Shown here: in pieces, positions 57,528 to 64,000 of the stretch
How the letters are laid out: every line of letters starts with the position of its first letter
How positions within the stretch are numbered: position 1 is the first letter of the stretch
DNA from: Leptospiraceae bacterium
GTDB lineage: Bacteria; Spirochaetota; Leptospiria; Leptospirales; Leptonemataceae
DNA length: 64,000 nt
Assembly (NCBI GenBank): GCA_040217195.1
Contig: JAVJNR010000002.1
Coordinates: forward strand, 288,001-352,000
Direction of reading: 5' to 3'
The notes under the pieces: generated by a model
The model's input: only the letters and a program-made list of their open reading frames with translations
Database searches by the model: none
What the model was told of the DNA's origin: nothing
Program-made: the position numbers and the translations under genes

Positions 57528-58435
57528 TTCAGCCCATGCTCGGGCCCTTCTTCCACTTGCGCCACCTCAGCGGATTGGTACTTCTGCCGCGCATAGGCGA
57601 TCTGCTTGTAGAACATGGCCATTGGATCATCTACATATTCCTTTTGAATGGTGTATCTGTCCATTATTCCCGAAAATTTTGACGTTAAATCAACGGGGGC
57701 CGCATCCACAGTAAGAATCAAGTCATATCCTGCTTTTCGAACTCTGGATTCCAGATATGGGCTATAATAGCCCATGGGATAGGCGAAGGCCCAGATCTTA
57801 TGACCGGGCAGATTCTCTTCCAGGATTTTGCGGGAGGTCACTACTTCCTGGGTCACACGGGCCGCAAACTGTTCCCTGGATTCACCGGGACGGGGCTCAT
57901 GGAATGCTGTATGGCTATGGGAATGATTTTGAACATCGAACCCCTCGGCCAATAATCTGTGCAGGTCTTCCCAGGCCATACCGCCCCGGGGATGGTTATT
58001 TATGTCCTTTGTATAAACGAAGAATGTGGCCGGATAGTCATACTCACGAAGGATGGGGGCGGCCACTCGGGCTATATTCTCAAAATCATCATCGATGGTG
58101 ATGGCCATGGTTGGCTCTTCCATCAGTCGGTTTTGCCGGGCATATTCCATGACCTTGCGCAGAGGCCAGACTCGAATATTTTCCTTTTTCAGGATTTCCA
58201 GATAATTCCTGAACTCCTGAATACTCACCGAATAAGGGCCTGCACCATTCACATCATGGAAGCATAAAATAGGCACCAGATGATGCCCGGCACTGATCGC
58301 CTCCGGGTCCTGGCCCAGCTTCTTCCAGAGTGCAGGATTGCCCGAGAGAAGTAGCCAGCTGGAAATGCAAACCAGGAAAACAGGCAATGAGATGAAAATA
58401 CGTTTCCGCATCATGGGAATTATCGGTTCCTGCAC
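57524..58435 (-). CDS. Polysaccharide deacetylase (CE4/NodB)
   Basis: PIL-x-FH, IT-x-DD, ATFF, NHS-x-SH, FAYP-x-G; N-terminal membrane anchor. Confidence 0.88.
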   Translation of the reverse strand: MQEPIIPMMRKRIFISLPVFLVCISSWLLLSGNPALWKKLGQDPEAISAGHHLVPILCFHDVNGAGPYSVSIQEFRNYLEILKKENIRVWPLRKVMEYARQNRLMEEPTMAITIDDDFENIARVAAPILREYDYPATFFVYTKDINNHPRGGMAWEDLHRLLAEGFDVQNHSHSHTAFHEPRPGESREQFAARVTQEVVTSRKILEENLPGHKIWAFAYPMGYYSPYLESRVRKAGYDLILTVDAAPVDLTSKFSGIMDRYTIQKEYVDDPMAMFYKQIAYARQKYQSAEVAQVEEGPEHGLK

Positions 58436-58594
58436 TCATCAAAATCAAAGCGCAATTCTTTTCTTGTTTCGTTCCCTGCCGTTGTCAAAAAAGTGATGTA
58501 ACATTGGGAAAAGACCGTTTTTCTAAATGAAAGGACCTTTCATTAGCCAGGGTATGGCTTGAGAATGGAAAGGCCGCAACAGGCGGACCGCTTT

Positions 58595-60145
58595 ATGTCG
58601 CAAAGAATTGAAATCATGGATACTACTCTCCGGGATGGAGAACAGACCGATGGTGTGTCTTTCTCTCCATTCGAGAAATTGCAGATTGCTCGCTACCTTC
58701 TGGAAAAGCTAAATGTTGATAGAATTGAAGTGGCCAGTGCCCGGGTTTCTGCGGGCGAGCAGGAAAGTGTAAAAGCCATTTTCGAGTGGGCCAGAAATAG
58801 AGACCTGGATAAGAGAATCGAGATTCTGGGCTTTGTGGATCACCGAGCAAGTGTGGATTGGATTCAGGGTGCCGGTGGTTCTGTAATCAATCTACTAACG
58901 AAAGGTTCTCAAAAGCATTGCGAACTGCAGCTGGGAAAAACACTGTCCGAGCATATCGCGGACATTGAAAGAACGGTCACCTATGCTGCAGACCAGGGAG
59001 TAATCGTAAACGTTTACCTGGAAGACTGGTCCAATGGATTTCTCCATTCTTCAGATTACGTCCTGGAAATGCTAAGAGCTCTTCGTACCATGCCTATTCA
59101 TCGATTTCTATTTCCTGATACTCTGGGTATCATGTCGCCAGATGAAGTTAAGGCAGGAATCAATCATGCCCTTGAAGCTTACCCTGACCTGGCCATAGAT
59201 TTCCATGGACACAACGATTATGGTCTTGCCACGGCCAATTGTCTGGCTGCTGCACAATGCGGAGTGAAAGGACTTCATGTGGCCGTGAATGGTCTGGGAG
59301 AGAGAGCAGGAAACGCACCTCTGGAGGCTGTGGTTACAGCATTACATGATAAACTGGGAATTCAGACTTCCATCAAAGAAGAAGCCATCACCGACGCTTC
59401 GCGTCTGGTAGAAACGTTCAGCCGAAAACGAATCTCTTCGAATCGACCCATTGTAGGCACGGATGTATTTACACAGACAGCTGGCATTCATGCAGACGGA
59501 GATAAAAAGCATAATCTATATGCGAATCCTATTTTGCCGGAGCGATTTGGCCGGCAGCGTGTCTATGCTCTGGGAAAACTGGCAGGTAAAGCCAGCGTGG
59601 CCAACAACCTGACTTCTCTTGGAATTGAGCTTCCTCCGGAACAGGAAAAGGCATTACTGGAGAAAATCAAGGAACTGGGTGAGCGAAAGGAAACGGTTAC
59701 TGCAGACGATCTGCCATTCTTGATCGAAGATTTATTTGGTGGCATTCAAACCAGGTTTGTGCGAATCACCGATGTCCGAATTCTGACAGAGATACAACAA
59801 TCTCCAAGCGCCGAGATTGCTCTGGAACTGGACGGTAAGGAATATAGAGCATCCTCCACCGGCGATGGAGGATACGATGCATTTATGAATGCTCTGGGCA
59901 AGATCTCTGAAGGAATAGAACTCCAGCTTCCAGAGCTGGTAGACTATGAGGTTCGAATTCCCCCGGGCGGCAAAACCGATGCACTGGTGGAAACGGTAAT
60001 TACCTGGAAAAGTCAGGATGGAGCCAGCGCTTTTCGCACTGTAGGCGTGGACAGCGACCAGATGATTGCAGCTGTGAAGGCAACGGAGAAAATGCTCAAC
60101 CGATTGTTCATTTCCAATCCCACTCTGGTCAGCAAAGGCAATTGA
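58595..60145 (+). CDS. cimA: (R)-citramalate synthase
   Basis: DTTLRDGEQ, DR-x-E-x-ASARVS, NLLTKGS, YLEDWSNG, HGHNDY, HADGDKK-x-NLY-x-N-x-I-x-PERFGR, as in Leptospira CimA; C-terminal regulatory domain. Confidence 0.92.
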   Translation: MSQRIEIMDTTLRDGEQTDGVSFSPFEKLQIARYLLEKLNVDRIEVASARVSAGEQESVKAIFEWARNRDLDKRIEILGFVDHRASVDWIQGAGGSVINLLTKGSQKHCELQLGKTLSEHIADIERTVTYAADQGVIVNVYLEDWSNGFLHSSDYVLEMLRALRTMPIHRFLFPDTLGIMSPDEVKAGINHALEAYPDLAIDFHGHNDYGLATANCLAAAQCGVKGLHVAVNGLGERAGNAPLEAVVTALHDKLGIQTSIKEEAITDASRLVETFSRKRISSNRPIVGTDVFTQTAGIHADGDKKHNLYANPILPERFGRQRVYALGKLAGKASVANNLTSLGIELPPEQEKALLEKIKELGERKETVTADDLPFLIEDLFGGIQTRFVRITDVRILTEIQQSPSAEIALELDGKEYRASSTGDGGYDAFMNALGKISEGIELQLPELVDYEVRIPPGGKTDALVETVITWKSQDGASAFRTVGVDSDQMIAAVKATEKMLNRLFISNPTLVSKGN

Positions 60146-60197
60146 TTCGCTGAGGTCATGATTTGACTGCCAGGCTCCTCTGTTCAAATGTGATGCT

Positions 60198-63100
60198 TTG
60201 AACATGGCCGGTAAAAAAAAGCAAAATGGGCACCTTGAGCGGATTTTAAATCGAGCGCCGCCTGCCGTTCATACCCGCGCCCGGGATTACCTGGTCCGGG
60301 GCCAGATTGGCATATCCGAAAGAATTCAAAATACCTGGATGGGTTTTGCACGAGGCCAGGATCTGTATGCGCTGACAATCGATCTGTATACTGGAAAGTC
60401 CAGTTGTACCTGTCCAGCTCCCAGACCCTGCAAGCACCTTGTTGCATTTGCTCTACTTCTAAAATCTGAATACGCGACTCCCACAGAGTCAGAATTACTG
60501 CCCGGGGAATTTCTGGAGGACAATCAGGTTAGTGCGAAAGCAGAGGAGTCGGAGGCTCGAGGTTCAGGCTCGTCGGACGTGGCAGGTGCAATAGATTCGC
60601 CTCAAAGCGCATTGTCGCAAAGAAAAAGAAGCAAATCGAAATCCGCCCCGGAAAACAAAACCACCTCCGGAAAAAGCTCCGAAGCTGAAATTGGGGTCAA
60701 AAAGCCTGGAAGCAAATCAGCATGGAAAAGTGAGGCATTCCCAGATGCGATGCCAGGCAGCTACGAACAGGCGGAAGCGCAAATGGGCAACCGTAAGAGA
60801 GGCAGCTTGCCACTATGTCTTGTTCTAAACGAGCAGACGGAAAAGTTAAGACTGGATCCTGGAATGGCCATGGTGGCGGGCAACCTGGAAGATCGGCTGA
60901 TTCCGGAGCATGCAACATTCTGGACTGATCTGAAGAAGAGATATCCGTTTCCCTATCAAATTCCTCTTTCCGAGGTTCGAAACTGGCAGGACCTGGAGGC
61001 TTCTATCCTCCTGAAGGACTTAAACGGCCGAGACCTGGATTATCTGGGAGAATTGAAGGCTCGGCCGGCCCTTCGCGGTTTTAGCAACCGGCTCGATGCT
61101 CGTCGAGTGCTGGTTCCTTTCGTTACAGTTAAAGGTTCTGAGAATTGGCTGAAACCCGGGCAAACCAGCCTGATTGAGCCAGGTAGTGCCAGGCGACAAC
61201 GAAGCTTCTGGCTTATAGATTATTCAGAATTGAATCCGGCTCTGGAGCAGAGAATGCATTCTGTGCTGAGTCCAGAACAGATCATAGAATCTGCCAGTTC
61301 ATTCGCCCAGGGCGGCGTTTCTGGATTGGATGTTTTTCAAAACGTCTATGCCTCCAGGCCACGATTTCGCATCTCACTGGATCATAGCATAGACACTGAC
61401 CTCTGGTTACATGGAGAACTGGATCTGGTCTATGCCAGGTCCGAAGAGGACTTCAACCCGGACTATATGGAAAAGCAGCCTCATGGAAACATTCTACGCC
61501 CGGTGTATAGATCTGAAGTGAAACTGGCAAGCGTATGGGGCTCTTCCGTACTGCCGGGTCTGGAAGAAGTGGAAGCGGTTCGTCCGCCACACTATACACA
61601 CAGCGAAGAAGGCCATTTAATCTGGAGGCAACCCGCAGAAGAACTGGAAGTTTACAGTAGTCTTAAGAGAGTCTTTTCGCCTGTGGACCTGGAGGAATTC
61701 TATCCAGAAGATGCGTCGTTCACTTTGAGTGGGCCGTACCTGTATGAATTTCTGACCGTAATATTACCTCAATTAATCGAAGCCGGAATAATCGTAGAAT
61801 TTAATCGAGAACTTGCCCGTCTTTTCAAACCAGCTCCCAGAGCCAGAATCCGAATTGAAAAGCCTTCTGGAATCGATTGGTTTTCTGGAAAGATCAATCT
61901 ACCAGGTATGAGCCGGGCCGAGCAAGAACAGATATTTACAGCTTACAAAGAGAATCGACCGTATGCGCAAATCAACAAAGGAAATTGGATCAATATTGCA
62001 GAGTCCGGATTAGAGGAATTGGCGGAAACTTTACGAGATCTTGGAATTGAATTAGATTCCGGTGGCAGTATTGCATTACGCCGTTCTCATTGGATGGCTC
62101 TGGAAAGCGAGCTGGCAGAGCAATTACAGACCAGGACAAGATCGAATCAGCTCAAGCAAGGAAGCGCCCATCAATTGAAGTGCAGGCTGGAAAAAGGCTT
62201 CAAAGGCAAATTGAGAAAGTATCAGCGGGAGGGGCTTGAGTATCTCATCAATCTATATAACTGCGGAACGGGAGGTCTGCTGGCCGATGAAATGGGCCTG
62301 GGTAAAACGGTTCAGGCGCTGGCATTCCTTTACACAGTCCTGGAACAAGAGAAGGGTCTCATACTTGTAGTATGTCCTGTGTCTGCGCTGTCGGTATGGG
62401 AGCAGGAAGCCAGGCGATTCTGTCCCGATATTCCAATTACCATCTGGCATGGTTCGCAGCGAAGGCAAAGGACAATCCCTGACTCCGGCCTGTTGATCAG
62501 TACGTTTGCCACAATTCAAAAGGATATAAGTCATATGTCCGAAACCTCTTTTTCAGTAACGATAGTGGATGAGGCGCAGAATGTAAGAAATGCCAGAACT
62601 GAAGCAGCCCGCTCTCTAAGAAAACTGAATACTCGAAGCGTTTTTTGTCTCACCGGCACTCCTATGGAAAACCATTTAATGGATTACTGGTCTCTTCTGG
62701 ATCTTTCGGTTCCCGGACTTCTGGGCACAAGACAATCCTTTGCTCGTCGGTTCGACAGCAATCCGGATCGAATCGAATACCTGCGAAGGCTGACTGCGCC
62801 ATTCATATTGCGAAGAACCAAAGATCAGGTAATTCAAGAGCTTCCAGGAAAAACGGAAATACAATCCTTTTTGCCCATGGAAAGAAAGCAGGCTGCCATA
62901 TATGAATCTGTACGTCAGGAAGCTGTAGAATTTCTTAAGGAAGCCGGTAGCGAATATCTGGTGCGAATGCTGCCTTATTTAATGCGATTGAGGCGAATAG
63001 CCTGCCATCCGCATGTTGCCGACGTAAAGAGTGATCCTCTGGAATCCGGGAAGTTTGCTTATCTAAAGGAACTATTATATGAGATTCATCAGGGAAATTC

Positions 63101-63557
63101 TGCTGCATTGATTTTTAGCCAGTTTACGGATGTGCTGGACGTTGCCGGGCGAATGTTGAAATCCATGGACCTGGAATTTTTTCGCATAGATGGTAGCACA
63201 TCTTCCAGGAATCGGGCCGGTCAGGTGCAGCGATTCCAGGAGGGGGAAAGATCTTTCTTCTTGATCAGTCTTAAAGCCGGGGGCACAGCTCTTACTTTGC
63301 ACCGAGCGGACCGGGTAATTCATCTGGACCCCTGGTGGAATCCCGCAGCCGAGAGTCAGGCCACGGACAGAGCCCATCGAATAGGTCAGAAAAAGCATCT
63401 ATTTGTCTACAAATTGTTCGCAAAGGACACAGTAGAGCAGAGGGTTCTGGAACTTCAGGAAAAGAAGAGAGCATTGTTTAATAGTTTGTTTTCTGAAAGT
63501 CCATCCTCCAGTTCTGGCATTAGCCGTGATGAACTCCTAAGAATTCTGGACGATTGA
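60198..63557 (+). CDS. SWIM zinc finger-SNF2 family helicase
   Basis: CTC-x5-CKH SWIM; LR-x-YQ, LADEMGLGKT, DEAQ, LTGTP-x-EN, LRR-x-K, FSQF, SLKAGG, WWNPA-x-E-x-QA-x-DRAHRIGQ. Confidence 0.92.
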   Translation: MNMAGKKKQNGHLERILNRAPPAVHTRARDYLVRGQIGISERIQNTWMGFARGQDLYALTIDLYTGKSSCTCPAPRPCKHLVAFALLLKSEYATPTESELLPGEFLEDNQVSAKAEESEARGSGSSDVAGAIDSPQSALSQRKRSKSKSAPENKTTSGKSSEAEIGVKKPGSKSAWKSEAFPDAMPGSYEQAEAQMGNRKRGSLPLCLVLNEQTEKLRLDPGMAMVAGNLEDRLIPEHATFWTDLKKRYPFPYQIPLSEVRNWQDLEASILLKDLNGRDLDYLGELKARPALRGFSNRLDARRVLVPFVTVKGSENWLKPGQTSLIEPGSARRQRSFWLIDYSELNPALEQRMHSVLSPEQIIESASSFAQGGVSGLDVFQNVYASRPRFRISLDHSIDTDLWLHGELDLVYARSEEDFNPDYMEKQPHGNILRPVYRSEVKLASVWGSSVLPGLEEVEAVRPPHYTHSEEGHLIWRQPAEELEVYSSLKRVFSPVDLEEFYPEDASFTLSGPYLYEFLTVILPQLIEAGIIVEFNRELARLFKPAPRARIRIEKPSGIDWFSGKINLPGMSRAEQEQIFTAYKENRPYAQINKGNWINIAESGLEELAETLRDLGIELDSGGSIALRRSHWMALESELAEQLQTRTRSNQLKQGSAHQLKCRLEKGFKGKLRKYQREGLEYLINLYNCGTGGLLADEMGLGKTVQALAFLYTVLEQEKGLILVVCPVSALSVWEQEARRFCPDIPITIWHGSQRRQRTIPDSGLLISTFATIQKDISHMSETSFSVTIVDEAQNVRNARTEAARSLRKLNTRSVFCLTGTPMENHLMDYWSLLDLSVPGLLGTRQSFARRFDSNPDRIEYLRRLTAPFILRRTKDQVIQELPGKTEIQSFLPMERKQAAIYESVRQEAVEFLKEAGSEYLVRMLPYLMRLRRIACHPHVADVKSDPLESGKFAYLKELLYEIHQGNSAALIFSQFTDVLDVAGRMLKSMDLEFFRIDGSTSSRNRAGQVQRFQEGERSFFLISLKAGGTALTLHRADRVIHLDPWWNPAAESQATDRAHRIGQKKHLFVYKLFAKDTVEQRVLELQEKKRALFNSLFSESPSSSSGISRDELLRILDD

Positions 63558-63907
63558 GAAGCGTAGTTTAGCCTGGAATTGTTTCATACGCTGCATTCCT
63601 TGAGGCCACTTGATTAGCGAGAATCGATTCCACAAATCGCACGGTAACCTGAGAATTTGTATTTCTTCTCTGGTATTCTTTGCGATGACGAATCGCGTGG
63701 CGCATCCTTCTATTCAGCGTCAATTGAACTAAGAAGATGAGTTCAATTTGCTTTCCCTGATCTAGCTGGTAGCAGGCCCTACTCAATCTTCCAGCGCCGA
63801 TCCAGGATACAGACGCATTTTGTTACAACTACAAGTTGTGGAGCAGTGGTTTAGATAGTTTCTGAATAAGGAAAGGCCTCCGACAGATTCAGCAGAGGCC
63901 CCATCAA

Positions 63908-64000
63908 TTAATTTCCGCACTGAATAGAATCGATTTCGAAGTTGCCTTGAGTACCTTTACCTTTTTCGCCCCAGGTGCCCTTGATTCCGGCCATAGTCTG
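63908..64000 (-). CDS. C-terminal fragment of a gene entering from the right edge
   Basis: Open frame QTMAGIKGTWGEKGKGTQGNFEIDSIQCGN-stop; too short to assign. Confidence 0.4.
   Translation of the reverse strand, partial: QTMAGIKGTWGEKGKGTQGNFEIDSIQCGN

Noticed and set aside
58595..60145. 2-isopropylmalate synthase (leuA)
   Set aside because: Motifs NLLTKGS, YLEDWSNG and HADGDKK match Leptospira-type CimA rather than LeuA.
60198..63557. SNF2 helicase as part of an anti-phage system
   Set aside because: Stand-alone SWIM-SNF2 in housekeeping context with no methylase, nuclease or other defence partner adjacent.
63568..63786. 72-aa minus-strand ORF near the right edge
   Set aside because: TTG start, no SD or motif; cannot be supported.

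Overview
Bacterial chromosomal segment, very probably from a member of the Leptospiraceae (it carries a Leptospira-type citramalate synthase CimA and Leptospira-like envelope proteins). I found no rRNA, tRNA, IS element, prophage or CRISPR array. The highlight is 1-12982: a tightly packed 12-gene run plus a divergent methyltransferase that looks like an integrated light/photo-oxidative-stress system. It encodes a CarH/LitR-type B12-binding MerR regulator, a class III nucleotide cyclase, a furan-fatty-acid-type module (UfaD/UfaO/UfaM-like) and a self-sufficient photoactive yellow protein (PYP) module (PYP, p-coumaroyl-CoA ligase, tyrosine ammonia-lyase). The PYP naturally carries Y42F/N43S/T50S/R52V-equivalent substitutions. 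Two uncharacterised small proteins in the PYP module share a C-terminal ~22-aa beta motif. The rest of the window holds an MlaFED-like transporter with an aromatic beta-repeat partner, surface-glycan modification genes, housekeeping enzymes, an ECF42/YciI pair with its promoter, a missed 40-aa basic ORF behind a bistable leader, a His-rich transmembrane LuxR regulator facing a TolC-CzcA pump lacking an adaptor gene, a GpsA-acyltransferase fusion, cimA and a SWIM-SNF2 helicase. All calls come from motif recognition by eye; no database searches were run.
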